Below are positions 11,501 to 27,410 of a DNA stretch of 64,000 nucleotides, one piece after another. Numbering within the stretch: the first letter of the stretch is position 1; each line of letters opens with the position of its first letter. This stretch comes from the human T2T-CHM13v2.0 reference genome, Homo sapiens. The DNA lies in NCBI RefSeq assembly GCF_009914755.1, contig NC_060937.1; one strand, written 5' to 3'. The notes under the pieces are model-generated. The model worked only from the letters and a program-made list of their open reading frames with translations. It had not been told where the DNA came from and made no database searches. Position numbers and translations under genes: made by a program.

Positions 11501-14500
11501 ACCCAAAGCATGTATAATATACTGTACATAAATATGAAAGTACATCAAATATATATATTATTCTGTACATAAAATATCAAAGTACACCAGATATATATTC
11601 TATAGTGTACATAAAATATCAAAGTACCCAAACTATACATTATATACTGTACATAAAATATGAAATTACATCAAATATATTTTATATTAGGTACATAAAA
11701 TATGAAAGTACATGAAATATAGATTATATACTGTACATTAAATACCAAAGTACCCCAAATATATATTTTATACTGTACATGAAATATCAAAGTTCACAAA
11801 CTATATATTATATACTGTACATAAATTATCAAAGTACCCAAGGTATATATTCTATACTGTAGAAAAAATATCAAAGTACCCAAAGCATGTATTATATACT
11901 GTACATAAAATATGAAAGTACATCAAATATATATTTTATTCTGTACATAATATATGAAAGTACACCAGATATATATTCTATAGTGTACATAAAATAACAA
12001 AGTACACAAACTATACATTATATACTGTACATAAAATATGAAATTGCATCAAATATATATTAGGTACATAAAATATGAAAGTTCGTCAAATATAGATTAT
12101 ATACTGTACATAAAATATCAATGTACCCCAAATATATATTTTATACTATACATGAAATATCAAAGTTCACAAACCATATATTGTATACTGTACATAAAAT
12201 ATCAAAGTACCCAAGGTATATGTTCTATACTGTACAAAAAATATCAAAGTACCCAAAGCATGTATTATATACTGTACATAAAATATGAAAGTACATCAAA
12301 TATATATTTTATTCCGTACATAAAATATCAAAGTACACCAGATATATATTCTATAGTGTACATAAAATATCAAAGTACACAAACTATACATTACATACTG
12401 TACATAAAATATGAAATTACATCAAATATATATTATATAAGGTACATAAAATATGAAAGTACATCAAATATAGATTATATACTGTACATTAAATACCAAA
12501 GAACCCCAAATATATATTATATACTCTACATGATATATCAAAGTTCACAAACTATATATTATATACTGTACATAAAATATCAAAGTACCCAAGGTATATA
12601 TTCTATACTGTACAAAAAATGTCAAAGTACCCAAAGCATGTATTATATACTGTATATAAAATATGAAAGTACATCAAATATATATTTTATTCTGTACATA
12701 AAATATCAAAGTACACCAGATATATATTCTATAGTGTACATAAAATAACAAAGTACAAAAACTATAAATTATATACTGTACATAAAATATGAAATTACAT
12801 CAAATATATATTAGGTACCTAAAATATGAAAGTACATCAAATATAGATTATATACTGTACATAAAATATCAATGTACCCCAAATATATATTTTATACTCG
12901 ACATGAAATATCAAAGTTCACAAACCATATAATATATACTGTACATAAAATATCAAAGTACCCAAGTTATATATTCTATACTGTACAAAAAATATCAAAG
13001 TACCCAAAGCATGTATTATATACTGTACATAAAATATGAAAGTACATCAAATATATATTTTATTCTGTACATAAAATATCAAAGTACACCAGATATATAT
13101 TCTATAGTGTACATAAAATATCAAAGTACCCAAACTATACATTATATACTGTACATAAAATATGAAATTACGTCAAATATATATTATATTAGGTACATAA
13201 AATATGAAAGTACATCAAATATAGATTATATACTGTACATGAAATATCAAAGTTCACAAACTATATATTATATACTGTACATATAATATCAAATTACCCA
13301 AGGTATATATTCTATACTGTACAAAAAATATCAAAGTACCCAAACCATGTATTATATACTGTACCTAAAATATGAAAGTACATCAAATATATATTTTATT
13401 CTGTACATAAAATATCAAAGTACACCAGATATATATTCTATAGTGTACATAAAATATCAAAGTACCCAAACTATACATTATATACTGTACATAAAATATG
13501 AAATTACATCAAATATATATTATATTAGGTACATAAAATATGAAAGTACATCAAATATATATTATATTAGGTACATAAAATATGAAAGTACATCAACTAT
13601 AGATTATATACTGTACATAAAATATCAAAGTACCCCAAATATATATTATATACTCTACATGAAATATCAAAGTTCACAAACTATATATTATATACTGTAC
13701 ATAAAATAAAGTCCCCAAGGTATATATTCTATACTGTAGAAAAAATATCAAAGTACCCAAAGCATGTATTATATACTGTATATAAAATATGAAAGTACAT
13801 CAAATATATATTTTATTCTGTACATAATATATCAAAGTACACCAGAAATATATTCTATAGTGTACATAAAATAACAAAGTACAAAAACTATAAATTATAT
13901 ACTGTACATAAAATATGAAATTACATCAAATATATATTAGGTACATAAAATATGAGAGTACATCAAATATAGATTATATACTGTACATAAAATTTCAATG
14001 TACCCCAAATATATATTTTATACTCTACATGAAATATGAAAGTTCACAAACCATATATTATATACTGTACATAAAATATCAAAGTACCCAAGGTATATAT
14101 TCTATACTATACAAAAAATATCAAAGTACCCAAAGCATGTATTATATACTGTACCTAAAATATGAATGTACATCAAATATATATTTTATTCTGTACATAA
14201 AATATCAAAGTACACCAGATATATATTCTATAGTGTACACAAAATATCAAAGTACCCAAACTATACATTATATACTGTACATAAAATATGAAATTACACC
14301 AAATATATATTATATTAGGTACATAAAATATGAAAGTACATGAAATATAGATTATATACTGTACATAAAATATCAAGGTACCCCAAATATATATTATATA
14401 CTCTACATGAAATATCAAAGTTCACAAACTATATATTATATACTGTACATATAATATCAAAGTACCCAAGGTATATATTCTATACTGTACAAAAAATAAC

Positions 14501-17500
14501 AAAGTACCAAAACCATGTATAATATACTGTACATAAAATATGAAAGTACATCAAATATATATTTTATTCTGTACATAAAATATCAAAGTACACCAGATAT
14601 ATATTCTATAGTGTACATAAAATACCAAAGTACCCAAACTATACATTATATACTGTAAATAAAATATGAAATTACATCAAATATATTTTATATTAGGTAC
14701 ATAAAATATGAAAGTACATCAAATATAGATTATATACTGTACATTAAATACCAAAGTACCCCAAATATATATTTTATACTGTACATGAAATATCAAAGTT
14801 CACAAACTATATATTATATACTGTACATAAATTATCAAAGTACCCAAGGTATATATTCTATACTGTACAAAAAATATCAAAGTACCCAAAGCATGTATTA
14901 CATACTGTACATAAAATATGAAAGTACATCAAATATATATTTTATTCTGTACATAATATATCAAAGTGCACCAGATATATATTCTATAGTGTACATAAAA
15001 TAACAAAGTACACAAACTATACATTATATACTGTACATAAAATATGAAATTACATGAAATATATATTAGGTACATAAAATATGAAAGTACATCAAATATA
15101 GATGATATACTGTACATAAAATATCAATGTACCCCAAATATATATTTTATACTATACATGAAATATCAAAGTTCACAAACCATATATTGTATACTGTACA
15201 TAAAATATCAAAGTACCCAAGGTATATGTTCTATACTGTACAAAAAATATCAAAGTACCCAAAGCATGTATTATATACTGTACATAAAATATGAAAGTAC
15301 ATCAAATATATATTTTATTCCGTTCATAAAATATCAAAATACACCAGATATATATTCTATAGTGTACATAAAATATCAAAGTACACAAACTATACATTAT
15401 ATACTGTACATAAAATATGAAATTACATCAAATATATATTATATAAGGTACACAAAATATGAAAGTACATCAAATATAGATTATATACTGTACATTAAAT
15501 ACCAAAGAACCCCAAATATATATTATATACTCTACATGAAATATCAAAGTTCACAAACTATATATTATATACTGTACATAAAATATCAAAGTACCCAAGG
15601 TATATATTCTATACTGTACAAAAAATATGAAAGTACCCAAAGCGTGTATTTTATACTGTATATGAAATATGAAATTACATCAAATATATATTTTATTCTG
15701 TACATAAAATATCAAAGTACACCAGATATATATTCTATAGTGTACATACAATATCAAAGTACCCAAACTATACATTATATGCTGTACATAAAATATGAAA
15801 TTACATCAAATATATATTATATTAGGTACATAAAATATGAAAGTACATCAAATATAGATTATACACTGTACATAAAATATCAAAGTACCCCAAATATATA
15901 TTATATACTCTACATGAAATATCAAAGTTCACAAACTATATATTATATACTGTACATAAAATAAAGTCCCCAAGGTATATATTCTATACTGTAGAAAAAA
16001 TATCAAAGTACCCAAAGCATGTATTATATACTGTATATAAAATATGAAAGTACATCAAATATATATTTTATTCTGTACATAATATATCAAAGTACACCAG
16101 AAATATATTCTATAGTGTACATAAAATAACAAAGTACAAAAACTATAAATTATATACAGTACATAAAATATGAAATTACCTCAAATATATATTAGGTACA
16201 TAAAATATGAAAGTACATCAAATATAGTTTATATACTGTACATAAAATTTCAATGTACCCCAAATATATATTTTATACTCTACATGAAATATCAAAGTTC
16301 ACAAACCATATATTATATACTGTACATAAAATATCAAAGTACCCAAGGTATATATTCTATACTATACAAAAAATATCAAAGTACCCAAAGCATGTATTAT
16401 ATACTGTACCTAAAATATGAAAGTACATCAAATATATATTTTATTCTGTACATAAAATATCAAAGTACACCAGATATATATTCTATAGTGTACATAAAAT
16501 ATCAAAGTACCCAAACTATACATTATATACTGTACATAAAATATGAAATTACATCAAATATATATTATATTAGGTACATAAAATATGAAAGTACATCATA
16601 CATAGATTATACACTGTACATAAAATATCAAAGTACCCCAAATATATATTATATACTCTACATGAAATATCAAAGTTCACAAACTATATATTATATACTG
16701 TACATAAAATAAAGTCCCCAAGGTATATATTCTATACTATACAAAAAATATCAAAGTACCCAAAGCATGTATTATATACTGTACCTAAAATATGAAAGTA
16801 CATCAAATATATATTTTATTCTGTACATAAAATATCAAAGTACACCAGATATATATTCTATAGTGTACATAAAATATCAAAGTACCCAAACTATACATTA
16901 TATACTGTAAATAAAATATGAAATTACATCAAATATATTTTATATTAGGTACATAAAATATGAAAGTACATCAAATGTAGATTATATACTGTACATTAAA
17001 TACCAAAGTACCCCAAATATATATTTTATACTGTACATGAAATATCAAATTTCACAAACTATATATTATATACTGTACATAAATTATCAAAGTACCCAAG
17101 GTATATATTCTATACTGTACAAAAAATATCAAAGTACCCAAAGCATGTATTATATACTGTACATAAAATATGAAAGTACATCAAATATATATTTTATTCT
17201 GTACATAATATATCAAAGTACACCAGATATATTTTCTATAGTGTACATAAAATAACAAAGTACACAAACTATACATTATATACTGTACATAAAATATGAA
17301 ATTACATCAAATATATATTAGGTACATAAAATATGAAAGTACATCAAATATAGATTATATACGGTACATAAAATATGAAAGTACATCAAATATAGATTAT
17401 ATACTGTACATAAAATATCAATGTACCCCAAATATATATTTTATACTATACATGAAATATCAAAGTTCACAAAGCATATATTGTATACTGTACATAAAAT

Positions 17501-20500
17501 ATCAAAGTACCCAAGGTATATGTTCTATACTGTACAAAAAATATCAAAGTACCCAAAGCATGTATTATATACTGTACATAAAATATGAAAGTACATCAAA
17601 TATATATTTTATTCCGTTCATAAAATATCAAAGTACACCAGATATATATTCTATAGTGTACATAAAATATCAAAGTACACAAACTATACATTATATACTG
17701 TACATAAAATATGAAATTACATCAAATATATATTATATAAGGTACACAAAATATGAAAGTACATCAAATATAGATTATATACTGTACATTAAATACCAAA
17801 GAACCCCAAATATATATTATATACTCTACATGAAATATCAAAGTTCACAAACTATATATTATATACTGTACATAAAATATCAAAGTACCCAAGGTATATA
17901 TTCTATACTGTACAAAAAATATCAAAGTACCCAAAGCATGTATTATATACTGTATATAAAATATGAATGTACATCAAATATATATTTTATTCTGTACATA
18001 AAATATCAAAGTACACCAGATATATATTCTATAGTGTACATAAAATATCAAAGTACCCAAACTATACATTATATACTGTAAATAAAACATGAAATTACAT
18101 CAAATATATATTATGTTAGGTACATAAAATATGAAAGTACATCAAATATAGATTATATACTGTACATTAAATACCAAAGTACCCCAAATATATATTATAT
18201 ACTCTACATGAAATATCAAAGTTCACAAACTATATATTATATACTGTACATAAAATATCAAAGTACCCAAGGTATATATTCTATACTATACAAAAAATAT
18301 CAAAGTACCCAAAGCATGTATTATATACTGTACCTAAAATATGAAAGTACTTCAAATATATATTTTATTCTGTACATAAAATATCAAAGTACACGAGATA
18401 TATATTCTATAGTGTACATAAAATATGAAAGTACCCAAACTATACATTATATACTGTAAATAAAATATGAAATTACATCAAATATATTTTATATTAGGTA
18501 CATAAAATATGAAAGTACATCAAATATAGATTATATACTGTACATTAAATACCAAAGTACCCCAAATATACATTTTATACTGTACATGAAATATCAAAGT
18601 TCACAAACTATATATTATATACTGTACATAAATTATCAAAGTACCCAAGGTATATATTCTATACTGTACAAAAAATATCAAAGTACCCAAAGCATGTATT
18701 ATATACTGTACATAAAATATGAAAGTACATCAAATATATATTTTATTCTGTACATAATATATCAAAGTACACCAGATATATATTCTATAGTGTACATAAA
18801 ATAACAAAGTACACAAACTATACATTATATACTGTACATAAAATATGAAATTACATCAAATATATATTAGGTACATAAAATATGAAAGTACATCAAATAT
18901 AGATTATATACTGTACATAAAATATCAATGTACCCCAAATATATATTTTATACTATACATGAAATATCAAAGTTCACAAACCATATATTGTATACTGTAC
19001 ATAAAATATCAAAGTACCCAAGGTATATGTTCTATACTGTACAAAAAATATCAAAGTACCCAAAGCATGTATTATATACTGTACCTAAAATATGAAGGTA
19101 CATCAAATATATATTTTATTCTGTACATAAAATATCAAAGTACACCAGATATATATTCTATAGTGTACATAAAATATCAAAGTACCCAAACTATACAGTA
19201 TATACTGTAAATAAAATATGAAATTACATCAAATATATTTTATATTAGGTACAAAAAATATGAAAGTACATCAAATATAGATTATATACTGTACATTAAA
19301 TACCAAAGTACCCCAAATATATATTTTATACTGTACATGAAATATCAAAGTTCACAAACTATATATTATATACTGTACATAAATTATCAAAGTACCCAAG
19401 GTATATATTCTATACTGTACAAAAAATATCAAAGTACCCAAAGCATGTATTATATACTGTACATAAAACATGAAAGTACATCAAATATATATTTTATTCT
19501 GTACATAATATATCAAAGTACACCAGATATATATTCTATAGTGTACATAAAATAACAAAGTACACAAACTATTCATTATATACTGTACATAAAATATGAA
19601 ATTACATCAAATATATATTAGGTACATAAAATATGAAAGTACATCAAATATAGATTATATACTGTACATAAAATATCAATGTACCCCAAATATATATTTT
19701 ATACTATACATGAAATATCAAAGTTCACAAACCATATATTGTATACTGTACATAAAATATCAAAGTACCCAAGGTATATGTTCTATAATGTACAAAAAAT
19801 ATCAAAGTACCCAAAGCATGTATTATATACTGTACATAAAATATGAAAGTACATCAAATATATATTTTATTCTGTACATAAAATATCAAAGTACACCAGA
19901 TATATATTCTATAGTGTACATAAAATAACAAAGTACACAAACTATAAATTATATACTGTACATAACATATGAAATTACATCAAATATATATTATATTAGG
20001 TACATAAAATATGAAAGTACATCAAATATAGATTATATACTGTACATAAAATATCAAAGTACCCCAAATATATATTATATACTCTACATGAAATATCAAA
20101 GTTCACAAACTATATATTATATACTGTACATAAAATAAAGTCCCCAAGGTATATATTCTATACTGTAGAAAAAATATCAAAGTACCCAAAGCATGTATTA
20201 TATTCTGTATATAAAATATGAAAGTACATCAAATATATATTTTATTCTGTACATAATATATCAAAGTACACCAGATATATATTCTATAGTGTACATAAAA
20301 TAACAAAGTACAAAAACTATAAATTATATACTGTACATAAAATATGAAATTACATCTAATATATATTAGGTACATAAAATATGAAAGTACATCAAATATA
20401 GATTATATACTGTACATAAAATTTCAATGTACCCCAAATATATATTTTATACTCTACATGAAATATCAAAGTTCACAAACCATATATTATATACTGTACA

Positions 20501-23329
20501 TAAAATATCAAAGTACCCAAAGTATATATTCTACACTATACAAAAAATATCAAAGTACCCAAAGCATGTATTATATACTGTACCTAAAATATGAAAGTAC
20601 ATCAAATATATATTTTATTCTGTACATAAAATATCAAAGTACACCAGATATATATTCTATAGTGTACATAAAATATCAAAGTACCCAAACTATACATTAT
20701 ATACTGTACATAAAATATGAAATTACATCAAATATATTTTATATTAGGTACATAAAATATGAAAGTACATCAAATATAGATTATATACTGTACATTAAAT
20801 ACCAAAATACCCCAAATATATATTTTATACTGTACATGAAATATCAAAGTTCACAAACTATATATTATATACTGTAAATATAATATCAAAGTACCCAAGG
20901 TATATATTCTATACTGTACAAAAAATATCAAAGTACCCAAAGCATGTATTATATACAGTACATAAAATATGAAAGTACATCAAATATATATTTTATTCTG
21001 TACATAAAATATCAAAGTACACCAGATATATATTCTATAGTGTACATAAAATAACAAAGTACACAAACTATAAATTATATACTGTACATAAAATATGAAA
21101 TTACATCAAATATATATTAGGTACATAAAATAAGAAAGTACATCAAATATAGATTATATACTGTACATAAAATATCAATGTACCCCAAATATATATTTTA
21201 TACTCTACATGAAATACCAAAGTTCACAAACCATATATTATATACTGTACATAAGATATCAAAGTACCCAAGGTATATATTCTATACTGTACAAAAAATA
21301 TCAAAGTACCCAAAGCATGTATTATATACTGTACATAAAATATGAAAGTACATCAAATATATATTTTATTCTGTACATAAAATATCAAAGTACACCAGAT
21401 ATATATTCTACAGTGTACATAAAATATAAAAGTACCAAAACTATACATTATATACTGTACATAAAATATGAAATTACATCAAATATATATTATATTAGTT
21501 ACATAAAATATGAAAGTACATCAAATATAGATTATATACTGTACATAAAATATCAAAGTACCCCAAATATATATTATATACTCTACATGAAATATCAAAG
21601 TTCACAAACTATATATTATATACTGTACATAAAATATCAAAGTACCCAAACTATACATTATATACTGTACATAAAATATGAAATTACATCAAATATATAT
21701 TATATTAGGTACATAAAATATGAATGTACATCAAATATAGATTATATACTGTACATTAAATACCAAAGTACCCCAAATATATATTTTATACTGTACATGA
21801 AATATCAAAGTTCACAAACTATATATTATATACTGTACATAAAATATCAATGTACCCAAGGTATATATTCTATACTGTACAAAAAATATCAAAGTACCCA
21901 AAGCATGTATTATATACTGTACCTAAAATATGAAAGTACATCAAATATATATTTTATTCTGTACATAAAATATCAAAGTACACCAGATATATATTCTATA
22001 GTGTACATAAAATATCAAAGTACCCAAACTATACATTATATACTGTACATAAAATATGAAATTACATCAAATATATATTATATTAGGTACATAAAATATG
22101 AAAGTACATCAAATATAGATTATACAGTGTACATAAAACATCAAAGTACCCCAAATATATATTATATAATCTACATGAAATATCAAAGTTCACAAACTAT
22201 ATATTATATACTGTACATAAAATAAAGTCCCCAAGGAATATATTCTATACTGTAGAAAAAATATCAAAGTACCCAAAGCATGTATTATTTACTGTATATA
22301 AAATATGAAAGTACATCAAATATATATTTTATTCTGTACATAATATATCAAAGTACACCAGAAATATATTCTATAGTGTACATAAAATAAAAAAGTACAA
22401 AAACTATAAATTATATACTGTACATAAAATATGAAATTAGATCAAATATATATTAGGTACATAAAATATGAAAGTACATCAAATATAGATTATATACTGT
22501 ACATAAAATTTCAATGTACCCCAAATATATATTTTATACTCTACATGAAATATCAAAGTTCAAATCCATATATTATATACTGTACATAAAATATCAAAGT
22601 ACCCAAGGTATATATTCTGTACTATACAAAAAATATCAAACTACCCAAAGCATGTATTATATACTGTACCTAAAATATGAATGTACATCAAATATATATT
22701 TTATTCTGTACATAAAATATCAAAGTACACCAGATATATATTCTATAGTGTACACAAAATATCAAAGTATCCAAACTATACATTATGTACTGTAAATAAA
22801 ATATGAAATTACATCAAATATATTTTATATTAGGTACATAAAATATGAAAGTACATCAAATATAGATTATATACTGTACGTTAAATACCAAGGTACCCCA
22901 AATATATATTTTATACTCTACATGAAATATCAAAGTTCACAAACTATATATTATATACTGTACATAAATTATCAAAGTACCCAAGGTATATATTCTATAC
23001 TGTACAAAAAATATCAAAGTACCCAAAGCATGTATTATATACTGTACATAAAATATGAAAGTACATCAAATATATATTTTATTCTGTACATAATATATCA
23101 AAGTACACCAGATATATATTCTATAGTGTACATAAAATAACAAAGTACACAAACTATACATTATATACTGTACATAAAATATGAAATTACATCAAATATA
23201 TATTAGGTACATAAAATATGAAAGTACATGAAATATAGATTATATACTGTACATAAAATATCAATGTACCCCAAATATATATTTTATACTATACATGAAA
23301 TATCAAAGTTCACAAACCATATATTGTAT

Positions 23330-26300
23330 ACTGTACATATAATATCAAAGTACCCAAGGTATATATTCTATACTGTACAAAAAATAACAAAGTACCAAAA
23401 GCATGTATAATATACTGTACATAAAATATGAAAGTACATCAAATATATATTTTATTCTGTACATAAAATATCAAAGTACACCAGATATATATTCTATAGT
23501 GTACATAAAATATCAAAGTACCCAAACTATACATTATATACTGTAAATAAAATATGAAATGACATCAAATATATTTTATATTAGGTACATAAAATATGAA
23601 AGTACATCAAATATAGATTATATACTGTACATTAAATAGCAAAGTACCCAAATATATATTTTATACTGTACATGAAATATCAAAGTTCACAAACCATACT
23701 TTATATACTGTACATAAATTATCAAAGTACCCAAAGTATATATTCTATACTGTACAAAAATTATCAAAGTACCAAAAGCATGTATTATATACTGTACATA
23801 AAATATGAAAGTACATCAAATATATATTTTATTCTGTACATAATATATCAAAGTACACCAGATATATATTCTATAGTGTACATAAAATAACAAAGTACAC
23901 AAACTATACATTATATACTGTACATAAAATATGAAATTACATCAAATATATATTAGGTACATAAAATATGAAAGTACATCAAATATAGATTATATACTGT
24001 GCATAAAATATCAATGTACCCCAAATATATATTTTATACTATACATGAAATATCAAAGTTCACAAACCATATATTGTATACTGTACATAAAATATCAAAG
24101 TACCCAAGGTATATGTTCTATACTGTACAAAAAATATCAAAGTACCCAAGGCATGTATATTATATACTGTACATAAAATATGAAAGTACATGAAATATAT
24201 ATTTTATTCTGTACATAAAATATCAAAGTACACCAGATATATATTCTATAGTGTACATAAAATATCAAAGTACCCAAACTATACATTATATACTGTACAT
24301 AAAATATGAAATTACATCAATATATATTATATTAGGTACATAAAATATGAAAGTACATCAAATATAGATTATATACTGTACATAAAATATCAAAGTACCC
24401 CAAATATATATTATATACTCTACATGAAATATCAAAGTTCACAAACTATATATTATATACTGTACATAAAATATCAAAGTACCCAAGGTATATATTATAT
24501 AATGTACAAAAAATATCAAAGTACCCAAAGCGTGTATTATATACTGTATATAAAATATGAAATTACATCAAATATATATTTTATTCTGTACATAAAATAT
24601 CAAAGTACACCAGATATATATTCTATAGTGTACATAAAATATCAAAGTACCCAAACTATACATTATATACTGTACATAAAATATGAAATTACATCAAATA
24701 TATATTATATTAGGTACATAAAATAAGAAAGTACATCAAATATAGATTATATACTGTACATTATATACCAAAGTACCCCAAATATATATTATATACTCTA
24801 CATGAAATATCAAAGTTCACAAACTATATATTATATACTGTACGTAAAATATCAAAGTACCCAAGGTATATATTCTATACTGTACAAAAAATATCAAAGT
24901 ACCCAAAGCATGTATTATATACTGTACCTAAAATATGAAAGTACATCAAATATATATTTTATTCTGTACATAAAATATCAAAGTACACCAGATATATATT
25001 CTATAGTGTACATAAAATATCAAAGTACCCAAACTATACATTATATACTGTACATAAAATATGAAATTACATCAAATATATATTATATTAGGTACATAAA
25101 ATATGAAAGTACATCAAATATAGATTATACACTGTACATAAAATATCAAAGTACCCCAAATACATATTATATACTCTACATGAAATATCAAAGTTCACAA
25201 ACTATATATTATATACTGTACATAAAATAAAGTCCCCAAGGTATATATTCTATACTGTACAAAAAATATCAAAGTACCCAAAGCATGTATTATATACTGT
25301 ATATAAAATATGAAAGTACATCAAATATATATTTTATTCTGTACATAATATATCAAAGTACACCAGATATATATTCTATAGTGTACATAAAATAACAAAG
25401 TACAAAAACTATAAATTATATACTGTACATAAAATATGAAATTACATCAAATATATATTAGGTACATAAAATATGAAAGTACATCAAATATAGATTATAT
25501 ACTGTACATAAAATTTCAATGTACCCCAAATATATATTTTATACTCTACATGAAATATCAAAGTTCACAAACCATATATTATATACTGTACATAAAATAT
25601 CAAAGTACCCAAGGTATATATTCTATACTATACAAAAAATATCAAAGTACCCAAAGCATGTATTATATACTGTACCTAAAATATGAAAGTACAGCAAATA
25701 TATATTTTATTCTGTACATAAAATATCAAAGTACACCAGATATATATTCTATAGTGTACATAAAATATCAAAGTACCCAAACTATACATTATATACTGTA
25801 CATAAAATATGAAATTAAATCAATTATATTTTATATTAGGTACATAAAATATGAAAGTACATCAAATATAGATTATATACTGTACATTAAATACCAAAGT
25901 ACCCCAAATATATATTTTATACTGTACATGAAATATCAAAGTTCACAAACTGTATATTATATACTGTACATATAATATCAAAGTACCCAAGGTATATATT
26001 CTATACTGTACAAAAAATAACAAAGTACCAAAAGCATGTATAATATACTGTACATAAAATATGAAAGTACATCAAATATATATTTTATTCTGTACATAAA
26101 ATATCAAAGTACACCAGATATATATTCTATAGTGTACATAAAATATCAAAGTACCCAAACTATACATTATATACTGTAAATAAAATATGAAATTACATCA
26201 AATATATTTTATATTAGGTACATAAAATATGAAAGTACATCAAATATAGATTATATACTGTACGTTAAATAGCAAAGTACCCCAAATATATATTTTATAC

Positions 26301-27410
26301 TGTACATGAAATATCAAAGTTCCCAAACCATACTTTATATACTCTACATAAATTATCAAAGTACCCAAGGTATATATTCTATACTGTACAAAAATTATCA
26401 AAGTACCCAAAGCATGTATTATATACTGTACATAAAATATGAAAGTACATCAAATATATATTTTATTCTGTTCATAATATATCAAAGTACACCAGATGTA
26501 TATTCTATAGTGTACATAAAATAACAAAGTACACAAACTATACATTATATACTGTACATAAAATATGAAATTACATCAAACATATATTAGGTACATAAAA
26601 TATGAAAGTACATCAAATATAGATTATATACTGTGCATAAAATATCAATGTACCCCAAATATATATTTTATACTATACATGAAATATCAAAGTTCACAAA
26701 CCATATATTGTATACTGTACATAAAATATCAAAGTACCCAAGGTATATGTTCTATACTGTACAAAAAATATCAAAGTACCCAAAGCATATATATTATATA
26801 CTGTACATAAAATATGAAAGTACATCAAATATATATTTTATTCTGTACATAAAATATCAAAGTACACCAGATATATATTCTATAGTGTACATAAAATATC
26901 AAAGTACCCAAACTATACATTATATACTGTACATAAAATATGAAATTACATCAATATATATTATATTAGGTACATAAAATATGAAAGTACATCAAATATA
27001 GATTATATACTGTACATAAAATATCAAAGTACCCCAAATATATATTATATACTCTACATGAAATATCAAAGTTCACAAACCATATATTATATACTGTACA
27101 TAAAATATCAAAGTACCCAAAGTATATATTCTATAATGTACAAAAAATATCAAAGTACCCAAAGCGTGTATTATATACTGTATATAAAATATGAAATTAC
27201 ATCAAATATATATTTTATTCTGTACATAAAATATCAAAGTACACCAGATATATATTCTATAGTGTACATAAAATATCAAAGTACCCAAACTATACATTAT
27301 ATACTGTACATAAAATATGAAATTACATCAAATATATATTATATTAGGTACATAAAATATGAAAGTACATCAAATATAGATTATATACTGTACATTAATT
27401 ACCAAAGTAC
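23330..27410 (+). repeat. Duplicated block of about 1.4 kb at 2,634-bp offset
   Basis: ORF offsets are 23672/26306, 23931/26565 and 24424/27058. Shared variants include TTAAATAGCAAAG, CCATACTTTAT, AAAATTATC, CTGTGCATAA, a +2-bp G monomer and a -1-bp B monomer (ACATCAATATAT). Confidence 0.8.
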
